From Pseudomonadota bacterium (GTDB taxonomy: Bacteria > Bdellovibrionota_F > JAHFAK01 > JBDREC01): 32,839 bases of DNA. The translations under genes and the position numbers were made by a program. Location of the stretch: positions 1-32,839 of the forward strand of contig JBDREC010000097.1 in NCBI GenBank assembly GCA_043820105.1, written 5' to 3'. Positions within the stretch are counted from its first letter, which is position 1; every line of letters begins with the position of its first letter. Below the pieces are notes generated by a model that saw only the letters and a program-made list of their open reading frames with translations, was not told where the DNA came from and did not search any database. This document shows positions 8,974-18,031 of this stretch, piece after piece.

Positions 8974-11307
8974 TTATTTTAAAAGGTTCAAACAGATCTT
9001 TTCAGCTGTTATAGGCATTGTTTTGATTCTTATGCCCAATGCATCTTCAACTGCATTAGCAATAACAGGAGCAGAAGGAATCATTGTGTGTTCTCCAACA
9101 CCACGGGCTCCAAAAGGACCATCAGGTTGGGGTGTTTCAATGATAATTGGTACAATTTTTTCAGGGATGTCGAGGGCAGTTGGAATTTTATAATCAGTAA
9201 AATTTGGATTAAGCATTTTTCCTTTATCATCAAAACGCATGTCTTCAAATAAAACTGTAGCAAGACCTTGAACTATTCCTCCAACAATTTGACCTTTAAC
9301 TAGATCTGGATTAATCGCACATCCAGCGTCCACTGCTAAAACAACCTTTAAAACATCAAGTTTTCCAGTCCTTTTATCAATTTCAACGGTTGCAGCACTT
9401 GCTCCAACAGTATAATGTACATTTGGCTTTCCACCCTGGCTTGTTTCTGGATCAGATAGAGCAGAGGCAAATTCTGGTATAAAGCTACCAGTACCCATTA
9501 TTGGTCCACCTTTATACTGACCTGTATCAGTCATAATACCATTTATAACAAAGTCTTTTAAGGGAAGTTCAAAACCCGGATTTGTTGTGCACTTAACCTT
9601 TTCATCTTCTAAATATAAGGTATCTTTTTCAAGACACATTACTTTGTGTACAACATCAAATATTCTATCTTTTGCCTCAAGTGCTGCCCTTTTAACAGCA
9701 TTACCACAACCCCATGTAACATGAGAACCAACTGTTTGCCACTCATAAGCATTTCTATCCGTGTCTGGAGTTTCGACCCTAATTTTTTCAACAGGAATAT
9801 CCAAGACCTCAGCAGCGATTTGAGCCATAACAGTTAGATAGCCTTGCCCTATTTCCATACCAGCGACTGTAATATTTATAGAAGCATCTTCATTGAATTT
9901 TAAAAAGGCACAACTTCCAGCGTTAGGCGGCATTGCAGGAGCTTTCCAAAATAGAGAAAAACCTTTTCCTATTGCCTTGTTTGGATCTTTTGATTTTTCT
10001 TTTTTGCCCCATTCAATTTCTTTTTCGACTTTTTCAATGGCTTCGGCTAGGCCGCATGGATTCATTTTAGCACCGTATGCTAAAATATCCCCACCTTTTA
10101 TAGCATTGATCTTTCTAAACTTAACAGGATCCATTCCAATTTTATCAGCCACACGATTAATGTGAGACTCTAGACCAAAGTGAAATTCTGAATAGCCAAA
10201 ACCTCTATAAGGCCCACCAGGAGGTAAGTTTGTATAAATACAAAGCGAGTCAATAGAAACATTATCAACTTTATATGCGCCTGTAGCTGACAAGCCACCT
10301 GCATTAACAACATTGGCACCATATTCCACATAAGCCCCAGCGTCCCAGTAAAGATCATGTTGCAGAGCTGTTATTTCTCCTGTTTTTTTAACGCCAATTT
10401 TAATTTTAGCTAAAACACCTTGGCGCTGATAAGTATTATAAAATTCTTGTTCGCGAGACCATTTTACTTTTACTGGATGTCCTTTTACAGTGGTAGCAAG
10501 GGCTGCTCCTAAAATTTCCATAGAAACCCCAGCTTTTCCTCCAAATCCACCTCCAACATAAGGAGTGATTACTCTGATATCTTTATGAGTAAAACCAAGG
10601 GGAGCTAAAGTTTCAGCAAACAAATTTCTTTGAGTAAATGGTGACTGTGAAGCTGACCACAATGTAAGCCTTCCTGCGTGATCATTAAGACCAACTATCA
10701 CATGCGGTTCAATAGCACAATGAGCATATCTTGGAACCTCATAAATATCTTCCAAAACAAAATCAGCTTCTTTAAATCCTTTTGTAACATCACCTTTTTT
10801 AGTTTTTCTATGATGAGCAACATTTGATTTTCCGGTCGGAAAAAACCAGGGAACATGTTCATAATTTTCCAGATCAGGATGAATTAAACCAGTTTCTTTT
10901 TTGATAGCTTCCATCTGATTTAAAACAGGTTTTAAAACTTCATATTTAACTTCAACAAGTTTAGCTGCTTTTTTAGCAATAGCAGGAGTTTTTGCTATAA
11001 CTGCTGCTACTTGTTCACCAACAAAACGAACCCTATCTTGAGCAAAAATATATCTGTCTTTCATATACAGACCAAATTTATAAGGAAAGTCCTTGCCTGT
11101 AATAACCTTAACAACACCCTCAACCTTTGAAGCCTTGCTAGTATCGATCCCTTTAATAATCGCATTAGCGTGTGGACTTTCAACAATATGAGCATGCAAA
11201 AGATTTGGCCCAAAATTTATATCATCAACATACTGGGCAACCCCTGTAATTTTTTCAAGCCCATCAATTCGTTCTGGCGACTTTCCAACATGTTTGAATT
11301 TTGTCAT
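8974..11307 (-). CDS. Xanthine dehydrogenase-family molybdopterin-binding subunit
   Basis: GKSPERIDG.EKITG, HCAIEPH, VGGGFGGK, YRGFG, EIGQG, GQIVGG..QG, DYKIP and GARGVGE (catalytic Glu). Confidence 0.95.
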   Translation of the reverse strand: MTKFKHVGKSPERIDGLEKITGVAQYVDDINFGPNLLHAHIVESPHANAIIKGIDTSKASKVEGVVKVITGKDFPYKFGLYMKDRYIFAQDRVRFVGEQVAAVIAKTPAIAKKAAKLVEVKYEVLKPVLNQMEAIKKETGLIHPDLENYEHVPWFFPTGKSNVAHHRKTKKGDVTKGFKEADFVLEDIYEVPRYAHCAIEPHVIVGLNDHAGRLTLWSASQSPFTQRNLFAETLAPLGFTHKDIRVITPYVGGGFGGKAGVSMEILGAALATTVKGHPVKVKWSREQEFYNTYQRQGVLAKIKIGVKKTGEITALQHDLYWDAGAYVEYGANVVNAGGLSATGAYKVDNVSIDSLCIYTNLPPGGPYRGFGYSEFHFGLESHINRVADKIGMDPVKFRKINAIKGGDILAYGAKMNPCGLAEAIEKVEKEIEWGKKEKSKDPNKAIGKGFSLFWKAPAMPPNAGSCAFLKFNEDASINITVAGMEIGQGYLTVMAQIAAEVLDIPVEKIRVETPDTDRNAYEWQTVGSHVTWGCGNAVKRAALEAKDRIFDVVHKVMCLEKDTLYLEDEKVKCTTNPGFELPLKDFVINGIMTDTGQYKGGPIMGTGSFIPEFASALSDPETSQGGKPNVHYTVGASAATVEIDKRTGKLDVLKVVLAVDAGCAINPDLVKGQIVGGIVQGLATVLFEDMRFDDKGKMLNPNFTDYKIPTALDIPEKIVPIIIETPQPDGPFGARGVGEHTMIPSAPVIANAVEDALGIRIKTMPITAEKICLNLLK

Positions 11308-11759
11308 TTCACCACCTCCTTAATCGCCTTAATAATTTGCTCATAACCTGTGCATCTACACAAGTTGCCAGCAATAGCTTCTTTTATATCTTCTTCTGAT
11401 GGTTTTTTATTTTCTTTTAATAGTTCAGTAGCAGACAGCACTATTCCAGGAGCACAAAATCCACATTGAAAAGAATTGTTTTTTAAAAATGATTTTTGAA
11501 GCTTTGATAGTTTTGCCTTATTCAGTCCTTCTACTGTAACAATTTCCTGACCATCTACTTCAATTGCCAATATAAGACAGCTTCTTGCAGTTTTTCCATT
11601 TAGTAAAATTGTACATGTACCGCAATCACCTCTTTCGCAACCTGATTTTGGACTCTTTACGCCAAGCTTTTCTCTAATTACATCAAGAAGTATTTCATTT
11701 GCTTCAACATCAGCAGAAAACTTTTCGCCATTTAGTTTAATATTAATTGTTTTTTTCAC
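11304..11759 (-). CDS. Xanthine dehydrogenase-family (2Fe-2S) subunit
   Basis: GCERGDCGTC..SC, QCGFC and NLCRC. Likely GTG start at 11759 overlaps the upstream TGA (GTGA) behind GGAGG. Confidence 0.95.
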   Translation of the reverse strand: MKKTINIKLNGEKFSADVEANEILLDVIREKLGVKSPKSGCERGDCGTCTILLNGKTARSCLILAIEVDGQEIVTVEGLNKAKLSKLQKSFLKNNSFQCGFCAPGIVLSATELLKENKKPSEEDIKEAIAGNLCRCTGYEQIIKAIKEVVK

Positions 11760-12604
11760 TTTCCACCTCCCAAACATGCATCTTCAAACATAACTCCAAT
11801 CATATGACTTCTATATTCTTTAGAAGAACGAATATCAGTAATAGGTGAAATTTCTTTAAGCAAAACATCTTTTGCCTCACTAATAAGTTTTTTATTAAGA
11901 GTTTTATTTCTTAATTTATCTTCTGTTTTTAAAGCCCTAAAAGGAACAGGGCCAACAGCTCCACAAGCAAGCTTATATTCCTTATTATTTAAAGCTAGAA
12001 AGGCAACAGAAGCTTGAGCAAGGTCTTCGCCTTTATATCTGCCTAGTTTATGATATGAGCCATAGCTTGCATTTTTTGACAATGGAATTTCTATACCCAC
12101 AACAATTTCATCACTTTTTAAACAAGACTTTTTAGGTCCAGCAAACCATTTGTTAATGTCTACTACTCTTTCATTTTCTGAACTTTTTACTAAAACTTCC
12201 GCTTCATAAACAAGTAAAGCAGGAGCTCCATCGCAGCTTGGAACAGCAGCACAAATATTTCCAACGAGTGTTGCCCTATTCCTTAGCCCCTTAGATGCAA
12301 CAGTCTTTGAAGCTTCACAAAGAATTGGAATTTCTTTTTTAACAAGCTTTGATTGAATAAGCTGATTAAAAGTTACCAAAGCACCTATAAACAGCTTGCC
12401 ATCTCTTAATTCAATTTTATCAAGGTCTTTAATTTTTTTAATATCAATAACAGCATCACATGTAACAATATCTTCTTTTAACCATACAATCAAATCAGTA
12501 CCACCTGCTAGAATCTTTGCCTTGCCTTTATACTTATCAAGCAAAGCACAAGCTTCCTTTATTGATTTAACTTTAAAATATTCAAAATCATTTGATATTG
12601 GCAT
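11756..12604 (-). CDS. Xanthine dehydrogenase-family FAD-binding subunit (CoxM/CutM-like)
   Basis: LAGGTDL, RNRATLVGNI, PSCDG and PITDIRSS.EYR. Confidence 0.95.
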   Translation of the reverse strand: MPISNDFEYFKVKSIKEACALLDKYKGKAKILAGGTDLIVWLKEDIVTCDAVIDIKKIKDLDKIELRDGKLFIGALVTFNQLIQSKLVKKEIPILCEASKTVASKGLRNRATLVGNICAAVPSCDGAPALLVYEAEVLVKSSENERVVDINKWFAGPKKSCLKSDEIVVGIEIPLSKNASYGSYHKLGRYKGEDLAQASVAFLALNNKEYKLACGAVGPVPFRALKTEDKLRNKTLNKKLISEAKDVLLKEISPITDIRSSKEYRSHMIGVMFEDACLGGGK

Positions 12605-12679
12605 TTTTATTAGCTCCTTAAAATATGTGTACAGCGTACAAAGTACGGTCTAAACATTTAACTATCTATTTTACACTTT

Positions 12680-12705
12680 GGATCCTGAAACAAGTTCAGG
12701 ATGAC
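12680..12705. repeat. 26-bp REP-like palindrome, copy 1
   Basis: GGATCCTGAAACAAGTTCAGGATGAC with stem ATCCTGAA/TTCAGGAT; identical to 17618-17643. Confidence 0.9.
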
Positions 12706-12713
12706 CTCCTGAA

Positions 12714-12736
12714 CTTACCACTTACCACTTACCACT
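12714..12736. repeat. Heptamer repeat (CTTACCA)x3
   Basis: Three exact copies abutting the cyclase stop codon. Confidence 0.8.
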
Positions 12737-13556
12737 AATCTTCTGGTGGTGTAAAAGCCACAACCCTGCACATACTTGATTCCAGCTCAATTCCTCTTAA
12801 TGGAAATAAGCCTATCCATACTCTTTTATTGCTAACTTCATTAAGCTCACCACCTAAGTTTTCAGCATGAACAAGTTTCTTTGGAAAAAGCTTAAGATGC
12901 ATTACTTGATAGTAAATCTCTTGTGGAAAAAGTTCATCCCAACCTTTGCCATATTTATCTTTAATTTTTGCTTCACAATCTGCAAAAGCAGCAGGATGCC
13001 AAGATCTAATAATTGTGTTCATTGGATGATCAGCGCTTCCACAGTCAACACCTATCCATTTTAATTTCATATCAAGAGCCCATTTATGAAATTCTGGATC
13101 TGGTCCTGGATGCCTTACAAAATATCTAAGTTCGTCAGATTCTTCCTGATCCCAACCATATCTGTTATACCCAGTATTAATAATTAAAATATCACCTTTT
13201 TTAACTTCAACTTTATCCATAATCATTTCAGGTGAATATAAATCATAATCACCGACTTGATCTGAAATATCTGCAACAGCTGCCTGACCTATCCATTCAT
13301 GCAAAGGAACATCTCCAATTGTTCTTCCATTGGCATGAAAGTGAATTTCGCCGTCTATGTGTGTTCCAACATGGTTACTAGTTGTAACGATTTGACCATT
13401 AGCCCCTTGTCCCATATGAGCACCAGCTAATCTTTTAAAATATTGCAGACCAAGTGGCATATAGCTTGGCCATGGGGGAGTGTGTATTGATAATCTTTGA
13501 GTTAAATCAAAAACTTTCATATTATCCATAAATTTAAAGAATTCATTGTTGTCCAT
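12735..13556 (-). CDS. Cyclase-family (kynurenine formamidase-like) metal-dependent amidohydrolase
   Basis: HVGTHIDGEIH is a variant of HxGTHxDxPxH; also GDILIINTG, WIGVD, ENL and S.CRVVA. Confidence 0.9.
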   Translation of the reverse strand: MDNNEFFKFMDNMKVFDLTQRLSIHTPPWPSYMPLGLQYFKRLAGAHMGQGANGQIVTTSNHVGTHIDGEIHFHANGRTIGDVPLHEWIGQAAVADISDQVGDYDLYSPEMIMDKVEVKKGDILIINTGYNRYGWDQEESDELRYFVRHPGPDPEFHKWALDMKLKWIGVDCGSADHPMNTIIRSWHPAAFADCEAKIKDKYGKGWDELFPQEIYYQVMHLKLFPKKLVHAENLGGELNEVSNKRVWIGLFPLRGIELESSMCRVVAFTPPED

Positions 13557-13579
13557 TTAGTACTCCTTTGTTTTTATTT

Positions 13580-14983
13580 CTATTGCAAAGACTCTGCAAA
13601 GCCTTTAATTGCTTCTATAAATGGTTCAACTGATGCATTTAAAACACCAGCTCCTACTTGCCCTATTCCTGGTTCTTTGTGAGCTACTCCTGTGTCAATA
13701 AAGGGCAGAATATTTTTTTCAATAACTTTTATAAGATCAATTCCAGTTGGGGTTCCTCTGAAATTTAAATATGGTATTTGATAAACATTATTTTCAGCTT
13801 CTGAGATTTCATACATTTGTTTTGTGTAAGAAATAGCATCACCTGTTGAGCCGCCTACAAATTGAACTATTGCAGGACTTGCAGCTATTGCAAAGCCTCC
13901 AAGCCCAGCAGTTTCTGTTATTGAACTGTCGCCAATGTCCGGATTTGCATCTTCTTTTGTAAAGCCAGGAAAAAAGAGTGCGTCTGGAACCAAAGCAGGT
14001 CCAGTGAACCATTTTTTATCAGTACCTGCTATTTGAATGCCAAAATCTGTTCCATTTCTACTCATTACAGTTAGAATTGAAGAGTTTTTGACTTTTCTAG
14101 CAGGATCTAAAACTGATTTGCATGCTGGCATTGATAAATTTAAGAAGAAATGATCATTGTTGTTTATAAAATCTAAAACTTTTTCGCAGGTTTCTTTGTC
14201 AGCACAGGTCTTAACAATTGCTGGAGCAAGTGTCCTGTAAAGCAAAGACGTAGCAGCCCTATTTCTATTGTGAACTTCATCTCCCATATGAAGAGCCTGA
14301 GCAATGATGTTTTTTAAATCAATTTTACCAAGGATTTCAATCGCTGTTTTTAATGTTGGATAAAGATAATTTTTCATCCAATTCAGTCTTTCTATAACAT
14401 CATCACTATATGCACCATATCTTAAAACTTTTCCAAGGCCTTCATTCATTGTACAATAAGTAAAATTTCCATATTCTTCATTCTTTAAAATAAAAACAGG
14501 CATTGATGCAGAAACTATTCCTGCCATTGGCCCAACAGAACTATGCTCGTGACAAGGAGCGTATTCAATTTCATTTGAAGAGGCGAGTTTTTCAGCTTCT
14601 TTATCATTGCTTGCCAATCCTTCATATTTTAAGGCACCAATTATTGCACCTCTCATTGGTCCACACATTCTATCCCATGTTATTGGGGGTCCAGCGTGAA
14701 GGATAAGATTTTTTTTCATCCCGGGAATAACATTTATAGCAAGGTCCATTCCAACTAAGTATGGTTTTCCATTTAAAATAATATCACAAGCTTCTTTATT
14801 AGCCTTTTTTATCTTATCTTTATTCTTATTAATTTTACTCAAAATCATAGGATCAACATCAATACCAGGTTTCCAATCAACTTGTACTGATTCAACACCC
14901 TCGTTATCCAAAGTTTCTTTGAAAGATTTTAATCCAACATTGATAACCTTTAGTTCTTTTTTAAAAAGTTCATTTATAGACAT
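13580..14983 (-). CDS. DUF1116 protein (YahG/YlbE/AllG-like)
   Basis: LHAGPPI.W..MCGPM.GA, PCHEH..VGPMAG, NEGLGKVLRYGA, MGDEVHNRN, NPDIGDS.ITET.GLGG and G.AHKEPGIGQVGAG; N-terminal VINVGL.SF module as in YahG. Confidence 0.9.
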   Translation of the reverse strand: MSINELFKKELKVINVGLKSFKETLDNEGVESVQVDWKPGIDVDPMILSKINKNKDKIKKANKEACDIILNGKPYLVGMDLAINVIPGMKKNLILHAGPPITWDRMCGPMRGAIIGALKYEGLASNDKEAEKLASSNEIEYAPCHEHSSVGPMAGIVSASMPVFILKNEEYGNFTYCTMNEGLGKVLRYGAYSDDVIERLNWMKNYLYPTLKTAIEILGKIDLKNIIAQALHMGDEVHNRNRAATSLLYRTLAPAIVKTCADKETCEKVLDFINNNDHFFLNLSMPACKSVLDPARKVKNSSILTVMSRNGTDFGIQIAGTDKKWFTGPALVPDALFFPGFTKEDANPDIGDSSITETAGLGGFAIAASPAIVQFVGGSTGDAISYTKQMYEISEAENNVYQIPYLNFRGTPTGIDLIKVIEKNILPFIDTGVAHKEPGIGQVGAGVLNASVEPFIEAIKGFAESLQ

Positions 14984-15010
14984 TTATTTCTCCTTTTATG
15001 TTTTCTTCTC

Positions 15011-15097
15011 ATTAATTATTAATTATTAATTGTTAATTACTAATTATTTTACGTTTTCAAATAATTAATAACCAATAATTAATAATTAATAATTAAT
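15011..15097. repeat. Inverted heptamer arrays (ATTAATT)n / (AATTAAT)n
   Basis: Five units, a spacer of about 12 bp, then five complementary units, between fdrA and the DUF1116 gene. Confidence 0.8.
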
Positions 15098-15110
15098 TTT
15101 GGAGCTTTAA

Positions 15111-16646
15111 CTAAGCAACCACTTCAAGACTAAACTCAACAGCTGCAGCATTCGACGGCAGAACAACAACTCCGAGCTCCTCCAAAGCATTTTTCACAAG
15201 GCTTCTATTCTGTGGATCTTTATCTGTTCCTGTTATTGAGCAAATAACTGGAACTTGACCAAGGGCTTCTTTTAGTACATCCTTTAATTCATCAATAGGA
15301 TTCATATTTGAACCATAACCTAAGACAACATCAAGCAAGATCAGAGCTGTTTCAGGGTCTTTCGCTTCTTCTAAAATTCTTTTATTTCTTAAGGTAAAAT
15401 CAATCATTGGATGAGGTCTGCCAACCGTAAATTCATCTTCTCCAAGATCAATAATTGTGTGGGCTACACTTTTCATTGAGTCTTCAAGTTGATTTAAACC
15501 TGGTAGCGGTGCATTAGAATAAATTTCATTTAATTTAGTTTTGCAAATAAGTTGAGCTTCTGTACAAAATGTGCCGCCTGCGAACAAGCCTCTTATATAT
15601 TTTTGCTGATCATTTAATTTCTCTTTAAAAACTATGGCCTTGGTTTTTATTTCAATACTTCTTGCACTAAGATTATCTTTTAATTTTATTGGATTCACTT
15701 CTTTTGAATAACAGACAGCGGCCATTGCGGCCTCTTCTAAGGTTTCAGCTTCATACACTTTATTGCCCTTTAGAAGACCTTTTGGAGCAGATAAAAATAT
15801 TGAAACAATTGGCTTTTCTGTATTTTCAAGTTCTAAAGCAATCTTTTTAATAACATCTTCATATGGAGGTTTTGATACAAGTAAAATTACTTTTGTATTT
15901 TCATCATCAATTAAAGCCTTTATGCTTTGAATAAACATAAGACCAGAAACTTCCTTTTTAACATCACGGCCGCCAGTTCCGATTGCTTGAGATATTCCAC
16001 AACCATTATTTGAAACAATTGTAGTCACTTCTTGCAAACCTGTTCCAGCTGCTGCTACAACACCAATATCCCCTCTATTTACAACATTTGCAAAAGCTAA
16101 TGGGATGCCATTTATAATAGCTGTTCCACAATCAGGTCCCATTACTAAAAGCCCTTTTTTGTTTGCGTATTCTTTTAATTCAACTTCTTGCTCTATGCTA
16201 ATATTATCTGAAAATAGCATAACATGCAGATTGTTTTGAAGTGCTTTCATTGCCTCAATAAAGGCGTATTTTCCAGCAACTGAAATCATGACCATATTTG
16301 CATCTTTCATTTGCCCTAGAGCGCCATCTATGCTTTTTGGAGTGAATTCCTCACCATCATCTTGGCTATCTGATTTCTTAGCTAAAATTTCATCTGCTTT
16401 TAAAAAAGCAGCTTCTAAAACCTTATCATTATCTGACTTAACGGCAATTAAAAGATCAGAATCCTTTGCGTCTTTGAAGTAATCAACAAATAGATTCGAG
16501 TTTTTTAAGATTGATATATTTTCCTTTGTCCCCATTACAACAGCAGCATCTTCAACACCTTCAAACTCAGCAAGCTCTTTCCCAACAATCATAAGTGTTA
16601 CAGAATCAAAATAGGCTCCTTTTAGGATTTTGCCTTTTATGGTCAT
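15111..16646 (-). CDS. fdrA: FdrA/YahF/AllF-family protein (succinyl-CoA synthetase alpha-like fold)
   Basis: YFDSVTLM, MGT.EN, FSDN, MGPDCGTA, GTGLQE, IGTGGRD, SKPP, GGTFC.E, DLGEDEFTVGRPHPMID and DVVLGYG. Confidence 0.93.
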   Translation of the reverse strand: MTIKGKILKGAYFDSVTLMIVGKELAEFEGVEDAAVVMGTKENISILKNSNLFVDYFKDAKDSDLLIAVKSDNDKVLEAAFLKADEILAKKSDSQDDGEEFTPKSIDGALGQMKDANMVMISVAGKYAFIEAMKALQNNLHVMLFSDNISIEQEVELKEYANKKGLLVMGPDCGTAIINGIPLAFANVVNRGDIGVVAAAGTGLQEVTTIVSNNGCGISQAIGTGGRDVKKEVSGLMFIQSIKALIDDENTKVILLVSKPPYEDVIKKIALELENTEKPIVSIFLSAPKGLLKGNKVYEAETLEEAAMAAVCYSKEVNPIKLKDNLSARSIEIKTKAIVFKEKLNDQQKYIRGLFAGGTFCTEAQLICKTKLNEIYSNAPLPGLNQLEDSMKSVAHTIIDLGEDEFTVGRPHPMIDFTLRNKRILEEAKDPETALILLDVVLGYGSNMNPIDELKDVLKEALGQVPVICSITGTDKDPQNRSLVKNALEELGVVVLPSNAAAVEFSLEVVA

Positions 16647-16657
16647 TATCTTCTCCT

Positions 16658-16742
16658 AATTGAAAATTAATTATTAATTGTTAATTATTGATTATTTCCC
16701 GCGTCCTTAGAATAATCAATAATTAACAATCAATTTTCAATT
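16658..16742. repeat. Long AT-rich inverted repeat built from heptamers
   Basis: attgttaattattgattatt pairs with aataatcaataattaacaat around tcccgcgtccttag; outer arms are aattgaaaatt / aattttcaatt. Confidence 0.8.
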
Positions 16743-17596
16743 CTTAATGCAAATAAATCCTTATCACAACTTAATTTATCTTTGTTATCAATTGTATAAA
16801 CAAGACCAGTTAAAATATCTGATCCTGAAGTATTACCAATATCCATACAAGCATCAATGCTTGCCTTTAGTTCTTGTTTATCCTGTCCGTAAAGAGATAA
16901 AATAAGCTTCTTATGCACATCTATCACTTTGCCCTCTTGAGCAAGCTTTAAAAAGCTTGAAGACAAAGCTTCATCTTTTTTTGCAATAGAAAAAATACTT
17001 TCTTTTAAGTTACTTAAATCAACATCTTTATTTTTTTCAATTATATTTAAAGCAAGCAATAAGCCAGCTATGAAATCATCACCACTTGGGGTTAAGCCAA
17101 AACCTAGGCCTTTTATTTTATATATCCCATGCTCTAAATTTGTATTAAATAAACTCTTAATTCCATCTTTTAATTGCTTTGCCATATTCTGAGCAAAACC
17201 TATTTTAAAATTAAGAAGCCTTTTTTCATCAAAAACAAAGACAAGGCTTGCTTTATCTGCCTTTTGAACTAAATATTGTTTCAAAAAACCTACATTCTTC
17301 TTAAAATTTTGGAGCTTTTCTAAGTTAATTTCAAACTGAGAATGATAACGCTCTTCTTTAGCAAAATTAAATACTAAATCTTTAATTTTCACGGAATCTT
17401 TTGAAACTTCAAGCGAATCAATATTATATAAATCAAGATCTTGAATCTGAATATTATTAGGCCCAAGGCATATTGAAGGATCAGTAAGTGATACAAAATC
17501 ATCACCACACACAAAATTAGCTACTTTTTTGAAGCAAGAATGAAGCCTGTAAGATCCAGGCTTCACATTATCACCTATTGAAAGTAGTTTTTGCAT
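16730..17596 (-). CDS. DUF2877 protein (YahE/YlbF/AllH-like)
   Basis: GLGFGLTPSGDDFIAG and IGNTSGSDILTG motifs; adjacent to fdrA and DUF1116. Confidence 0.9.
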   Translation of the reverse strand: MQKLLSIGDNVKPGSYRLHSCFKKVANFVCGDDFVSLTDPSICLGPNNIQIQDLDLYNIDSLEVSKDSVKIKDLVFNFAKEERYHSQFEINLEKLQNFKKNVGFLKQYLVQKADKASLVFVFDEKRLLNFKIGFAQNMAKQLKDGIKSLFNTNLEHGIYKIKGLGFGLTPSGDDFIAGLLLALNIIEKNKDVDLSNLKESIFSIAKKDEALSSSFLKLAQEGKVIDVHKKLILSLYGQDKQELKASIDACMDIGNTSGSDILTGLVYTIDNKDKLSCDKDLFALRIEN

Positions 17597-17617
17597 TAAA
17601 ACTTATCCTTACTCATG

Positions 17618-17643
17618 GGATCCTGAAACAAGTTCAGGATGAC
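17618..17643. repeat. 26-bp REP-like palindrome, copy 2
   Basis: Identical to 12680-12705 and in the same orientation. Confidence 0.9.
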
Positions 17644-17681
17644 AGCTCAATATACGCCGTACGCTGTACACCGTACTATTC

Positions 17682-18029
17682 TTACGCTTTATAAAACACA
17701 AAGCCTTGATTACTCTTAAACTCATCTTCTCTAACAGTTTTAACTTCACCTTTGACTTTCATACCCATTTTAGGTTCATCAATATCAAGTTGACCTAAAA
17801 CTTTAACGCCATTTTCAAGTTCAACAATACCCAGGCTTAAAGCTTCAACTTCAAAGTCAGCTGGTAAAGCAAAAGTTTTTGTAAAAGTAACAAGCTTGCC
17901 ATTTTTAGGAAGTGGGACTTGCTCAAATTTATCGTACATGCCTTTTGAGCATTTTTTACAAATCATATGATAAGGGTAATTTAGATATCCACATTCTGTA
18001 CATTTATATGCATAAACATTTAAACTCAT
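17682..18029 (-). CDS. DUF35 Zn-ribbon / OB-fold protein
   Basis: CTEC..CKKC zinc ribbon followed by an OB fold (GKLVTFT, GIVELENG). Start moved to ATG 18029 behind AAGGAGG. Confidence 0.9.
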   Translation of the reverse strand: MSLNVYAYKCTECGYLNYPYHMICKKCSKGMYDKFEQVPLPKNGKLVTFTKTFALPADFEVEALSLGIVELENGVKVLGQLDIDEPKMGMKVKGEVKTVREDEFKSNQGFVFYKA

Positions 18030-18031
18030 GA

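Noticed and set aside
8974-12604. Specific call as xanthine dehydrogenase or aerobic CO dehydrogenase
   Set aside because: The CoxL AYxCSFR loop is absent (YRGFG instead), and substrate specificity cannot be read from the motifs.
1262-16742. CRISPR array interpretation of the intergenic repeats
   Set aside because: Units are 7-9 bp with no unique spacers, and no cas genes are present.
13580-17596. Complete E. coli-type anaerobic allantoin pathway
   Set aside because: No allantoinase, allantoate amidohydrolase, ureidoglycolate dehydrogenase or carbamate kinase is in the window; only the FdrA/DUF1116/DUF2877 trio is present.
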